Below the pieces are notes generated by a model. It was given only the letters and a program-made list of their open reading frames with translations. It was not told the origin of the DNA and did not search any database. This document shows positions 20,008 through 29,625 of a stretch of 64,000 nucleotides of DNA, piece after piece. The translations under genes were made by a program, and so were the position numbers. The stretch spans positions 13,368 to 77,367 of the forward strand of contig JAQUQS010000002.1 in assembly GCA_028715965.1 (NCBI GenBank), written 5' to 3'. How positions within the stretch are numbered: the stretch's first letter is position 1; the number at the start of each line of letters is the position of its first letter. This DNA comes from Candidatus Omnitrophota bacterium. GTDB lineage: Bacteria > Omnitrophota > Gorgyraeia > Tantalellales > Tantalellaceae.

Positions 20008-20550
20008 CTAGAACCCGGAGACAGCTTCGGTCTCTCCCTCAAACCTGCCGTTGTCATCATAATAGCTGTTCACCTCACCAGCTACCGTAGGCTGGGGAGT
20101 GTATTCTTCATCTGGGTCGATGCCCTCATCCCCTATATATTGCTTACTTACCAGGTCCCCCGACATATTGTATGTTTTTCTCTCTTTTACGCGCCCATCC
20201 GCCCCATAATAAGTCTCGGAAACCATGTTGCCATCAGTATATACGAATTTTACGGCTGCCCATCCGTCAGCGTTCTCCTTTAGCTTGCCTTCTTCGTCGT
20301 AATTGGCTTCCTCGAGCTTATTGCCGTCCATATCGAACTTTTGGTATAGCTCCAGATTCCCGTTCTCGTAATAATCATCCTTTTCGGTCATCCCGCCGGA
20401 TGGATCGTCCTTCTCTATCTCCCGTACTTTGCCATTGTCCCAGTATTCCTTTTTTGTGCTGTCCGTCCCGGAGTTCAAGGACAAAGCACAACATGTTACA
20501 GCGACCAGCGCGCCCATGAGGACCAGGATCATAGAGATCATCTTATTCAT
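20008..20550 (-). CDS. secreted / lipoprotein with MORN-variant (YwqK-like) repeats
   Basis: Signal peptide MNKMISMILVLMGALVAVTCC, followed by repeats of the Y..NG......Y/F type. Confidence 0.6.
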   Translation of the reverse strand: MNKMISMILVLMGALVAVTCCALSLNSGTDSTKKEYWDNGKVREIEKDDPSGGMTEKDDYYENGNLELYQKFDMDGNKLEEANYDEEGKLKENADGWAAVKFVYTDGNMVSETYYGADGRVKERKTYNMSGDLVSKQYIGDEGIDPDEEYTPQPTVAGEVNSYYDDNGRFEGETEAVSGF

Positions 20551-20554
20551 GTTA

Positions 20555-21268
20555 TCAATACCCCGCGAAATTCTCTATTATGGTATGCTCTTCAGGAATA
20601 TGCAGTTTTTCCCGGAGCATCCCGGTAAGACACGTTACCATCCCGGGGGGGCCGCATGTATAGAAGATCCTTTCAGCGTAGTCTGGGACCTCCCTCTTGA
20701 TCATCCCCTCGTCTATAACCCCGGTGCATCCCCGCCATTCTTTCTCCGCGGCATACGGCGACGTAAGTGTATATATCAGTTTGAGATGAGGGTTCTGGGC
20801 CGCCATCCCGTCCAGGTCTTCCCTGAACACGATATCCTTTTCCTCATTGTTGCTGTAAAAAAGGGCAATATCACTCTCGAGTTCTTTATCGGTCGCGTAT
20901 TTACAGATACTTCTGAACGGGGTTATCCCGATACCTCCTGACAGCAAAGCGATCTTCTTATGTTCTCCCTCAAAAGTGAACTTGCCATTAGGCATTTTTA
21001 TCTTTACCGGGTCACCGGGCTTAAGTTCCATCAGGGCATTTGAAAAATCACTTCCGGTAAGCCGTTTAGTGAACTCCAGGTATCCTTGTTCTGTGGGAGA
21101 GCTGGAGAACGAGAACGCCTTGGTCTTTTCCTCGCCGCCGACCGGTATGGTCAGGAGAAAATATTGTCCGGGCCTAAAATCCGGGGCACCCGTCCGATCG
21201 AACCGAAAACTTTTCGCCGTATCCGTTCTCTGTATGGTCTCTATGACCCTGGTATCAAGTTCCGTCAT
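20555..21268 (-). CDS. FAD/NAD(P)-binding oxidoreductase, ferredoxin-NADP reductase (FNR) family, no Fe-S domain
   Basis: FAD-binding R.FS-type motif (KAFSFSS), NAD(P)-binding GGIGITP, and the C-terminal CGPPGM motif. Confidence 0.75.
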   Translation of the reverse strand: MTELDTRVIETIQRTDTAKSFRFDRTGAPDFRPGQYFLLTIPVGGEEKTKAFSFSSSPTEQGYLEFTKRLTGSDFSNALMELKPGDPVKIKMPNGKFTFEGEHKKIALLSGGIGITPFRSICKYATDKELESDIALFYSNNEEKDIVFREDLDGMAAQNPHLKLIYTLTSPYAAEKEWRGCTGVIDEGMIKREVPDYAERIFYTCGPPGMVTCLTGMLREKLHIPEEHTIIENFAGY

Positions 21269-21282
21269 GTGCGCCTCCTTCC

Positions 21283-21642
21283 TCAGCCGGACATCGCTTC
21301 AACGGCTTCTTCCATACTGTCGTATATCCTTATCGCGTCGCCTATACCAAGAAGCTCCATCATGTTCTTTTCTTTCTCGCCCGCGTTGAATATCCCTATC
21401 TTCAGGCCATCGGCCATATTCTCTTTTATAAAGTTCATCATGCAAGCGAAAGCCGACGTATCTATCCGGGAAAGGTCTTTCATGTCTATCGCAAGCCCCT
21501 TAAGGTTCGCGGACTTATCCACTTTTCTGCACACATGCTGAAAATCGGGGGTCGTATACGCGGTAAAATCCCCAATTACCTTCATTATGCGCACGCCGCT
21601 CTTTTCCCCGACGTTCTCCATACGCCCCTTGCCCGACATCAT
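21283..21642 (-). CDS. STAS-domain protein (anti-sigma-factor antagonist-like)
   Basis: SpoIIAA-like fold motifs ([19 protein letters not shown]). The start ATG overlaps the upstream gene's stop as ATGA. Confidence 0.7.
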   Translation of the reverse strand: MMSGKGRMENVGEKSGVRIMKVIGDFTAYTTPDFQHVCRKVDKSANLKGLAIDMKDLSRIDTSAFACMMNFIKENMADGLKIGIFNAGEKEKNMMELLGIGDAIRIYDSMEEAVEAMSG

Positions 21643-22091
21643 GCCTTGTCCCCCATTGAGCTGACCCTGACGAATATCCATCCCTCTATCCTTTCGCGGA
21701 TATCATCACGCACTTTCCTTGTCTTCTCGAGTTTTTCCTCATACGTACCGGTAAAAGTGGACGGATCGTCAAAACTCCAGTGCTCTTTCCGGCCATTTCC
21801 CGGGAACACGGGACACTTTGCCGCCGCGCTCTCATCGCAAACGGTTATTACGTGGTCGAATTCTTTTCCGCTTTCCAGTACCTCCCGGACGGATCTCGTC
21901 CGGTTCGCGGAAATATCTATACCTATCTCTTTCATCACGTCCACCGCTATCGGGTTGAGTTCCCCGGGCTCCAGCCCGGCGCTTTCCGCCTCGAAGATAT
22001 CCCCTCCAAGGTAATTAAGGAAAGTCGCGGCCATCTGGCTGCGAGCGGAATTGTGTATACATATGAAAAGTACTTTCTGCATTCCCTTCAT
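21639..22091 (-). CDS. ArsC-type low-molecular-weight phosphotyrosine phosphatase / thioredoxin-coupled arsenate reductase family
   Basis: CX5R P-loop ([14 protein letters not shown]) plus the downstream Cys pair [12 protein letters not shown] typical of Trx-coupled ArsC. Confidence 0.75.
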   Translation of the reverse strand: MKGMQKVLFICIHNSARSQMAATFLNYLGGDIFEAESAGLEPGELNPIAVDVMKEIGIDISANRTRSVREVLESGKEFDHVITVCDESAAAKCPVFPGNGRKEHWSFDDPSTFTGTYEEKLEKTRKVRDDIRERIEGWIFVRVSSMGDKA

Positions 22092-22097
22092 CCCCGG

Positions 22098-23822
22098 TCA
22101 TTTCCCCCTACCGGCTTTTACTGCATCCTCCACCTGGCCTGCTATCTTATCCCTGTCCACAAGTGTTTTTATCCCGCCGGCGCGCTCCTTAAGCTCTACC
22201 TTACCCTGATCAAGCGCCTTGCGCCCAACGACCACCTGGTATGGGAACCCTATAAGATCGGCGTCCTTGAATTTTATACCGGGAGACCTGTCCCTGTCAT
22301 CGAGTATCGCGTCTATTCCAGCCGAAATAAGCGCGTCGTATATCGCCTCCGCTTCACGCATCAGTTCCTCGTCGTCCCTTTTGACCGGTATGACAACGAC
22401 TTCGTAGGGGCTCAGGGCGACAGGCCATATTATCCCGTCCTTGTCATAGCTCGTCTCGACCAACGACGCCAGTATCCTGTTCACGCCTATACCGTAACAA
22501 CCCATGACTATGGTGTTCTCCTTGCCATCCGAGTCGAGATATCGCGCTTCAAGGGGTTCGGAATATTTAGTGCCCAGTTTAAACGTATGACCTATCTCAA
22601 TAGCGTTCTTTATGTTTATATCAGCTCCGCATCTCGGGCATTTATCTTCCTCCGTAATATTGCGGAGATCCGCCCACTCGCCGACATTGAAATCCCTGCC
22701 GGGCACAACTCCCGTAAGGTGCCTGTCCTTTTTATTCGCTCCCGTCACCGCCATAGTAAGGCTTTTTACGGAATTGTCCCCAATTATCCTGGCGGAGATA
22801 TTCCCAACCGGACCGGAAAACCCGACAGGCCCACCGGTGACCTCGAATATTTTGCGTTCGTCCGCGAGCTCGAGCCGTACTACACCAAGGTATTTCTTTA
22901 TCTTGGCCTCATTAGCCTCATGATCACCTCTCACGAGAACGGCTACTGGCTCATCTTCCGCCATATAGATCAGGGTCTTGATCACCGCTTCCGGCCCGAC
23001 CTTCAAAAGACCGCTCACGGCCTCTACGGTGGATACTCCGGGTGTGTCCACTTCTTCCATAACGGGGGACGCCTCCCCGGTGGAAGGTCCCGGCACGAAC
23101 GTTCCCGCCACCGCGGCCACTTCCGTACTCGCGGAATACCCGCATGAAGGACAGTTCACTATCCTGTCCTCGCCTATCTCGCACGGTACCATGAACTCAT
23201 GCGACCCCGCGCCTCCCATCATGCCGGTATCGGCCTCGACAGGAACGTACCCTATCCCGCATCTTTCGAATATGCGGCAATAAGCGGCATACATCTTTTT
23301 GTAGTTCTCTTCCAGCCCTTCCTCCCCCGTATCGAAAGAATATGCATCTTTCATTATGAACTCACAGCTGCGGACGACACCGAAACGCGGCCTTACCTCA
23401 TCACGGAACTTTGTCTGTATCTGGTACAACGTCAGAGGAAGGTCCTTATAGGACCTGACTTCCCTGGCCACAAGGCTTGTAACGACCTCTTCATGCGTAG
23501 GCCCAAGAGCCGTTTCCCTTCCATGCCTGTCCGTGAACTTTATCATGACGTCACCGATAACGTCATAGCGCCCGGTCTTCTTCCATAGCTCGACAGGCTG
23601 CAGGGCAGGCATCAAAAGCTCTATAGCACCGGCCTTCGCCATCTCTTCGCGTATTATGCCCTCTGCCTTTTTCAGTATCTTGTATCCCAGAGGCAGGTAT
23701 ATATAAGCCCCGGCCGTGAGCCTCCGGATAATACCGGCCCTGACCATCAGTTTATGGCTTATGGCCTCCGCGTCCTGCGGGTCCTCTTTAAGCGTAGGCA
23801 TGAAAGACTTACTCCACTTCAT
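22098..23822 (-). CDS. proS: prolyl-tRNA synthetase (bacterial type with editing insertion)
   Basis: 574 aa with class II aaRS motifs and a ProRS N-terminus. Confidence 0.9.
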   Translation of the reverse strand: MKWSKSFMPTLKEDPQDAEAISHKLMVRAGIIRRLTAGAYIYLPLGYKILKKAEGIIREEMAKAGAIELLMPALQPVELWKKTGRYDVIGDVMIKFTDRHGRETALGPTHEEVVTSLVAREVRSYKDLPLTLYQIQTKFRDEVRPRFGVVRSCEFIMKDAYSFDTGEEGLEENYKKMYAAYCRIFERCGIGYVPVEADTGMMGGAGSHEFMVPCEIGEDRIVNCPSCGYSASTEVAAVAGTFVPGPSTGEASPVMEEVDTPGVSTVEAVSGLLKVGPEAVIKTLIYMAEDEPVAVLVRGDHEANEAKIKKYLGVVRLELADERKIFEVTGGPVGFSGPVGNISARIIGDNSVKSLTMAVTGANKKDRHLTGVVPGRDFNVGEWADLRNITEEDKCPRCGADINIKNAIEIGHTFKLGTKYSEPLEARYLDSDGKENTIVMGCYGIGVNRILASLVETSYDKDGIIWPVALSPYEVVVIPVKRDDEELMREAEAIYDALISAGIDAILDDRDRSPGIKFKDADLIGFPYQVVVGRKALDQGKVELKERAGGIKTLVDRDKIAGQVEDAVKAGRGK

Positions 23823-23852
23823 CGTATCTCCTTTTTTCTCCCTGGCGCTTCG

Positions 23853-24959
23853 TCATCGGCCGCGAGCGGCCTGGCCATCTGCGCGCCTTCGTTCTTTTAT
23901 CTCTTCAATAAGCTCCCTGACAGCCATGGAAGCGTCCACGGTCTTTGTAATACTGCCTCCGCTGAAGATCGCGGCCCTTTTGTTCCCAAAGGCCACTCCC
24001 ACATCAGCTGAGGCGGCCTCTCCCGGGCCGTTGACCTCACAGCCCATGACCGCTATGGTAAGCGGCGTTCCCGACGGGTTTTCTTTCGCGAGTTCCGCCT
24101 CGACCTCTTCGACTATCGCTGCCAGGTCGACACCGCACCTGCCGCACGTAGGACAGGAAATAATATCGTCACCGAACTTCCTCACACCGGACGCCGAAAG
24201 TATCTTCCTGGCGGCGTGCACCTCCTGTACCGGGTCCCCGGTAAGAGATACCCTGATAGTGTCCCCAATGCCGTCAATGAGCAGCGCCCCTATCCCCATA
24301 CTTGACTTGACGATCCCGGTAGATAAAGGCCCCGCGGCGGTCACACCCACATGGAGCGGATAGTCGCATAACTCCGACATCTTACGGTAACACATGACCG
24401 TCGTGAACACATCGGATGCCTTAAGAGAAAGTACCAGGTCCTGGAAACCTCTTTGCTCAAAGAACTCGAGGGAACGGAGCATGGCTTCGACCATCACATC
24501 GGGCGCGTCACCTTTGCCCCCGGCCATTTCCATGAGCGATCCGGAATTTATCCCTATCCTGATCGGTATATGTCTCTCACCGGCCGCGTCAACGACCCTG
24601 GCGAGCTTTTCCGGGTCTTTCATGTTCCCCGGATTGATCCTAATTTTATCGGCACCGGCATTTATGGCCGCAAGCGCCAGGTTATGGTCGAAATGTATAT
24701 CCGCCACCACAGGCAGCCCCGCCGCTTCTTTTATGGGGGCTATGGCCGCAGCGGATTCCTTGTCCTTGACCGACACCCTCACGATCTCACAGCCGGCATC
24801 CTTGAGGCATTGCACCTGGGCGATAGTGGCCCCGATATCGGCGGTATATGTATTCGTCATCGACTGTATGCTCACGGGATGGCCGCCACCGAGTTTAACC
24901 CCGCCCACGCTCACGACCCTGGTTATGCGTCTTTTTACGTTATTCATCCAGTCGTTCAC
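23853..24959 (-). CDS. ispG: 4-hydroxy-3-methylbut-2-en-1-yl diphosphate synthase
   Basis: GcpE N-terminus (VKLGGGHPVSIQSMTNT) and C-terminal Cys ligands. Confidence 0.9.
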   Translation of the reverse strand: MNDWMNNVKRRITRVVSVGGVKLGGGHPVSIQSMTNTYTADIGATIAQVQCLKDAGCEIVRVSVKDKESAAAIAPIKEAAGLPVVADIHFDHNLALAAINAGADKIRINPGNMKDPEKLARVVDAAGERHIPIRIGINSGSLMEMAGGKGDAPDVMVEAMLRSLEFFEQRGFQDLVLSLKASDVFTTVMCYRKMSELCDYPLHVGVTAAGPLSTGIVKSSMGIGALLIDGIGDTIRVSLTGDPVQEVHAARKILSASGVRKFGDDIISCPTCGRCGVDLAAIVEEVEAELAKENPSGTPLTIAVMGCEVNGPGEAASADVGVAFGNKRAAIFSGGSITKTVDASMAVRELIEEIKERRRADGQAARGR

Positions 24960-26101
24960 TTCCCTCCGGCCGAGGCATTGCCGCCACTGGTGATATCGGC
25001 CCCTGTCTTTTCCACGGCCGTGACATCGGGCGCGTTCTTAGCCCTCGGTATCAGTTTGGATATATCCTGCCAGCTTATGAACACAGCAAGCGTTATCAGG
25101 AGGTAAAGCGCCACCTGTGTCACGTTCTCCTGCACTTTCACGCTCACCGGCCTTCCCCGGAACTTTTCCAACGCGATGAATATTATATGCCCTCCGTCAA
25201 GCACCGGGAACGGCAAAAGATTGAATATGGCGAGCGCCATGCTGACATGGGCCGTTATTATAAGAAGAGGGACTATGCCTAACTTGGCCGCCCGCCCCAT
25301 AAGACTGGCTATGCCTATCGGCCCTGATACCGAATCCTTCACCGGCAATCCGCCGGTTATAAGCAGCCATATGCTCTTGTACGTGGCCGCGGTAAGCGTA
25401 AGCAGACGCTTTCCCGCGTGATAAAAAGCCCCGCCAGGACCGTACGACACCGACAATATATCACTCTCCGGCGCTATCCCTATCATGGGCCGGGATATCC
25501 TCTGGCCAAAGATATTGGTGACCGTGCTTATCTCCGGCTTTATGTTTATACGCAGGACATTTCCGTTCCTCACCACACGCAGGTCCAGTTCTTCCGACGT
25601 TTCATGATCTTCCTTTATCGCGCCCACTATATCATCCCAGTACTTCACATCGTGCGTGTTTATGGACAATATCTCGTCACCGACCTCAATGCCGGCTTTC
25701 TCGGCCGGATATCCCCCAAGCACCTGGCCCACTTTGTTGGAAAGTGTCGGCACCCCTATCATGAATATGATCCAGAACAGAAAAAAAGCGAACAGATAGT
25801 TCACTAAAGACCCCGCCGCGATCACCCAGAAACGATGTCCCGCGGGGCTTAAAGGATATTCCCCTTCCTTGCCGGTGGCTTCGCCCGGTTCCTCACCGGA
25901 CATCTTGCAATATCCGCCGAACGGGATCAGGGAAAGCCTGTATTCGGTGCCTCCTACTGTCCATCCCAGGAGTTTTTTCCCCATGCCGATCGAGAATACC
26001 TCGACAGTTATCCCGAAACGTTTCGCGGCCACAAGATGCCCGATCTCATGCACCATGACCAGTATACTGAAGACCACAAGAGCCACTATTAGGGTCAACA
26101 A
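24956..26101 (-). CDS. rseP: RIP zinc metalloprotease RseP (site-2 protease)
   Basis: HEIGHL zinc motif, PDZ domain and multiple TM segments. Confidence 0.9.
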   Translation of the reverse strand: MLTLIVALVVFSILVMVHEIGHLVAAKRFGITVEVFSIGMGKKLLGWTVGGTEYRLSLIPFGGYCKMSGEEPGEATGKEGEYPLSPAGHRFWVIAAGSLVNYLFAFFLFWIIFMIGVPTLSNKVGQVLGGYPAEKAGIEVGDEILSINTHDVKYWDDIVGAIKEDHETSEELDLRVVRNGNVLRINIKPEISTVTNIFGQRISRPMIGIAPESDILSVSYGPGGAFYHAGKRLLTLTAATYKSIWLLITGGLPVKDSVSGPIGIASLMGRAAKLGIVPLLIITAHVSMALAIFNLLPFPVLDGGHIIFIALEKFRGRPVSVKVQENVTQVALYLLITLAVFISWQDISKLIPRAKNAPDVTAVEKTGADITSGGNASAGGK

Positions 26102-27234
26102 AACCTCAACACCTCCTCACGGGCCCATGCCTCGGCCGATATAACATCATCGAGCGAAGGGACCTTTATGTTTTTATGCTGTTCCATGACCTTCTCCACG
26201 AGTTCCGGGATCCTTGTGAACTTGATCTTTCCGTCCAGGAACATATGTACCGCGCTTTCGTTCGACGCGTTAAGCACCGCGGGCATGGTGCCACCCGCGT
26301 CCAACGCTTCATAAGCCAGCGCGAGCGCCGGGAACCTCGCGGTATCGGGTTCGGTAAATGTAAGTTTCCCCACGGACACGGGGTCCAGCCTTGGCAGGCT
26401 GTTCTCGAACATATCCGGGAAACTAAGGGCCGTGAGTATCGGGAACCTCATATCCGGGCTGAAAAGGGATGCCGCCATGGTCCCGTCCAGGAACTCTACC
26501 ATGGAATGTATGATAGCTTCGGGATGTATTACCACCTTTATCCTGTCCTGCGGTATATCAAAAAGCCATCGGGCCTCTATCACTTCAAGCCCCTTGTTCA
26601 TCAAGGTCGCCGAATCCACCGTTATCTTCCTGCCCATACTCCATTTTGGGTGGGCCAGGACATCCGATACACTCATATTATCGAGGTTCTCCCCGGACCT
26701 TCCGCTCAAAGATCCTCCCGTTCCCGTAACGAAAAGCCTTTTAACATGGGCTTTGTCCCTGCCGTAAAGACATTGCATGATAGCGCTGTGCTCACTGTCC
26801 ACCGGCACTATCTCCGCGGATGTACCTTTTACGGTATCACGAAGTATCATCCCGGCCGACACTACGGGTTCCTTGCTGGCCAGAGCGACCTTTCTCCCGG
26901 CTTTAAGCGCGGCTATCAGCGGTTTAAGCGCCGCTGTCCCGGATATGCACATGAACACGATATCCGCTTTCACGGCGCCAGCTATATCCTCAAGCGCTTC
27001 CGCGCCGCCTGTTATCTTTATGCCTTCCAACGCGTTCTTAAGACCGGTAAGACCGCTCTCATCGTATATCGCCACTATATCGGGCCTGAATTCAAGGGCT
27101 TGGGCGACCAGTAGGTCCGAGTTTGACCTGGAGACCAGGGCTTTCACCCTGAATTTTTCGGGGAACGAACGTATTATGTCCAGTACGTTCCTGCCAACTG
27201 ACCCGGTCGATCCGAAGATCACGATATCTTTCAT
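26095..27234 (-). CDS. dxr: 1-deoxy-D-xylulose 5-phosphate reductoisomerase
   Basis: KDIVIFGSTGSVG N-terminus; start trimmed to the ATG, since the track starts at a TTG. Confidence 0.9.
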   Translation of the reverse strand: MKDIVIFGSTGSVGRNVLDIIRSFPEKFRVKALVSRSNSDLLVAQALEFRPDIVAIYDESGLTGLKNALEGIKITGGAEALEDIAGAVKADIVFMCISGTAALKPLIAALKAGRKVALASKEPVVSAGMILRDTVKGTSAEIVPVDSEHSAIMQCLYGRDKAHVKRLFVTGTGGSLSGRSGENLDNMSVSDVLAHPKWSMGRKITVDSATLMNKGLEVIEARWLFDIPQDRIKVVIHPEAIIHSMVEFLDGTMAASLFSPDMRFPILTALSFPDMFENSLPRLDPVSVGKLTFTEPDTARFPALALAYEALDAGGTMPAVLNASNESAVHMFLDGKIKFTRIPELVEKVMEQHKNIKVPSLDDVISAEAWAREEVLRFC

Positions 27235-27296
27235 AAACCGCTCTTCCAAAATGTAGTTATGTCCATGGCATTCCGCGTGACAGCATCTGGAACGCG

Positions 27297-28109
27297 CTAG
27301 AAGGTCTTAACATAGAAATAAAATATCGGGGCAGTGAACAAAAGACTGTCTAAAAGATCGAGCACTCCCCCTATGCCCGGCAGATACGCGCCCGAGTCCT
27401 TTATATTACAGTTCCTCTTAATAAGACTTTCCGCGAGATCCCCGACCTGCCCTATCAATGCCAACATAAACCCCAGCACCATAAGATGGGCGTAGGAATA
27501 CCCTGTCAGGAACTTACCTGATATCATTGATATGATAACACTTGTGGCCACCCCACCCAGGGTGCCTTCGACCGTTTTTTTCGGGCTTATACGCGGGATA
27601 AGCTCCCTTCTCCCGAAGCGGCTCCCGATAACATACGCTCCCATATCGGCGCTCTTCGTGACAAGGACCAGGAACATCACGAGTTCCGACCCGTTGGGCA
27701 GGAATTTTATCTTAACGAAAAAAGAAAAGAACCACGCTATGTAGAATAGACCGAACAATGTAAGCGCCGCGCTTATGAGATGGTCCCCCGCGTCGTCACG
27801 CCTGGCGAACTGCAGGGTAAGGGCCAGAAGGCTCCCAACGACGATAAGAAGAGGCTCCAGGTTCTTGATCTCCGGCAGGCTGTTCCCCATATATATGACC
27901 ACGGGTATGAGCGCGCCCGTAGCCGTGCCGAAATACTTATATACGAATATCTTGCGGTGTTCGACCATGTGGAAGAACTCATAAAGACCGCAGGCAACAA
28001 AAGCGCATATCACAACGCAGAACACCCAATTAGGCAAGCGGAAGATAGCCGCGAACACAAAAGCCATCAGGACAGCGCTTACTATGGTCCTCCTTAGGAA
28101 CTTACTCAC
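27297..28109 (-). CDS. cdsA: phosphatidate cytidylyltransferase
   Basis: CdsA-like multi-TM protein; start set at the GTG after GGAGGGACAGGAGG, which overlaps the uppS stop. Confidence 0.8.
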   Translation of the reverse strand: MSKFLRRTIVSAVLMAFVFAAIFRLPNWVFCVVICAFVACGLYEFFHMVEHRKIFVYKYFGTATGALIPVVIYMGNSLPEIKNLEPLLIVVGSLLALTLQFARRDDAGDHLISAALTLFGLFYIAWFFSFFVKIKFLPNGSELVMFLVLVTKSADMGAYVIGSRFGRRELIPRISPKKTVEGTLGGVATSVIISMISGKFLTGYSYAHLMVLGFMLALIGQVGDLAESLIKRNCNIKDSGAYLPGIGGVLDLLDSLLFTAPIFYFYVKTF

Positions 28110-28800
28110 CGAACCTCCTGTCCCTCCGCCCGTATTCCTCCAAAGCCTTATCAAGTTCCTTCACATCAAAGTCCGGCCATAATGTCTCGGTAAAATATAA
28201 CTCGGAATAAGCGGACTGCCATAACAGGAAATTACTAAGTCTCTGCTCGCCGGAAGTACGTACTATCAGATCGGGATCGGGAAGCCCTGAAGTGTACATA
28301 TACCCGGACAAAAGCTCCGGCGTTATCGAGCTTACCCGCAACTCACCGCTCCTATCGGCCTCATATATGCTCGATACCGCGTCACATATCTCCTGCCGGC
28401 CCCCATAGTTGAGCGCGAGAGAAAGCACCATCCCGGTATTCCCGGACGTTTCCTGCTCGACCCTCTTTATCGCTTTTTCAAGCGACGCGCCAAGGTCCCC
28501 TATCCTGCCTATGGCCTTGAACCTTATGCCGTATTCCGACAACATCCTGCTGTAATTCGAGATCGCCTGTTCAAGAAGTCCCATTAGCGCCTTGACCTCG
28601 TTCTCTGGCCGGTTCCAGTTTTCGGATGAAAATGTATACAAAGTAAGCGCTTTTATCCCCCGTTCAGCACAAGCCTGGCTGATAACGTTGGCTATTTCGA
28701 CACCTTTGCGATGCCCCATGATGCGCGGCTGGTTCCTTCTTCGGGCCCACCTGCCGTTCCCGTCCATTATTACAGCGATATGCTCCGGCAATTTACTCAT
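28102..28800 (-). CDS. uppS: undecaprenyl diphosphate synthase
   Basis: HIAVIMDGNGRWA motif. Confidence 0.9.
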   Translation of the reverse strand: MSKLPEHIAVIMDGNGRWARRRNQPRIMGHRKGVEIANVISQACAERGIKALTLYTFSSENWNRPENEVKALMGLLEQAISNYSRMLSEYGIRFKAIGRIGDLGASLEKAIKRVEQETSGNTGMVLSLALNYGGRQEICDAVSSIYEADRSGELRVSSITPELLSGYMYTSGLPDPDLIVRTSGEQRLSNFLLWQSAYSELYFTETLWPDFDVKELDKALEEYGRRDRRFGE

Positions 28801-28896
28801 GATATCCTTCTAAAACAGAAAGTAGAGGCATGCACCTCTACTTCCAGTCACCATAAAAGGGTGAAACGCGCATTAAGCATCACCTTGATATATACA

Positions 28897-29568
28897 TTAC
28901 TTTATGTTGCTGTCAAAAGCGTCTATGTCCTGCCTTTGTTCCACGAAATCCGGAAGTATCACTATTTCCACGCGCCTGTTCATCGACCTGCCCGCGGCTG
29001 TATCGTTCGAAGCTATCGGCCTGTGCTCCCCGTAGCCTGTAGCGGACAATTTATTCGGGGACACGCCCTGGGAGACCAGGTAATGCAGTACATTGGTAGC
29101 CCTCGCCGTCGATAGTTCCCAGTTGGACTTCCAGTTCGAGTATTTTATCGGAACGTTGTCCGTATTCCCATAGACCCCTATGTTCTTGTCCGGGACCTCT
29201 TCGGTGATGACCCTTGATACCTTGTCCAGGACCGGGGAGACCTTGTCCTTTATTTCTGACTTACCGGAATCAAAAAGTATGTCGTCCGAAAGTATGATGA
29301 CAAGCCCCCTCTCATCCATCTCGAGAGAAACGCTTTTATCTTTGATCTGGTCTTTTAAACGGCTTTCCAGCATCCTTTTGACATCCTCGAAATGAGCGCG
29401 TTCCTTCGCCCGTTCGGCCTCCAGGTCGCTTATCTGCCTTTCCAGCTCGGTTATCTTCGTCTTGCTGCGTGGATTCTGCTTGTAGAAATTCACGGCACAA
29501 CCCGACACCATGAACCCCGACATCAAGACAAGAACAGTGAGTAATGTCAAATATCTTTTCCCGCGCAT
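28897..29568 (-). CDS. OmpA-family lipoprotein (coiled coil + OmpA C-terminal peptidoglycan-binding domain)
   Basis: Lipobox MVSGC, heptad-like segment, and OmpA_C motifs (TARATNVLHYLV ... NRRVEIVI). Confidence 0.8.
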   Translation of the reverse strand: MRGKRYLTLLTVLVLMSGFMVSGCAVNFYKQNPRSKTKITELERQISDLEAERAKERAHFEDVKRMLESRLKDQIKDKSVSLEMDERGLVIILSDDILFDSGKSEIKDKVSPVLDKVSRVITEEVPDKNIGVYGNTDNVPIKYSNWKSNWELSTARATNVLHYLVSQGVSPNKLSATGYGEHRPIASNDTAAGRSMNRRVEIVILPDFVEQRQDIDAFDSNIK

Positions 29569-29625
29569 AATATCCTCCTTCTGGCCTTAGCCAATATCTC
29601 CCCGGCAACAAGATCCATGGTAATA

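Noticed and set aside
20016-20040. GAGAC-AGCTTCG-GTCTC hairpin that I first took for a terminator
   Set aside because: It lies inside the 3' end of the MORN-repeat gene, whose stop is at 20008-20010, and is not followed by a U-tract.
21780-23147. The longest plus-strand ORF in the window (455 aa)
   Set aside because: It is exactly antisense to proS. Its translation is low-complexity, R/H/Y/P-rich, with no domain features. proS on the minus strand is unambiguous.
27235-27249. N-terminal extensions in the ORF track (dxr 'MEERF…', the rfaE kinase, rpsA, cdsA, kdsA, kdsC, serA, lptC-like, nitroreductase)
   Set aside because: The track starts ORFs at the first ATG/GTG/TTG. For example, dxr begins at a TTG at 27247-27249 and the kinase at a GTG. 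Family N-terminal motifs, RBS positions and ATGA-type overlaps with upstream genes support the shorter starts used above.
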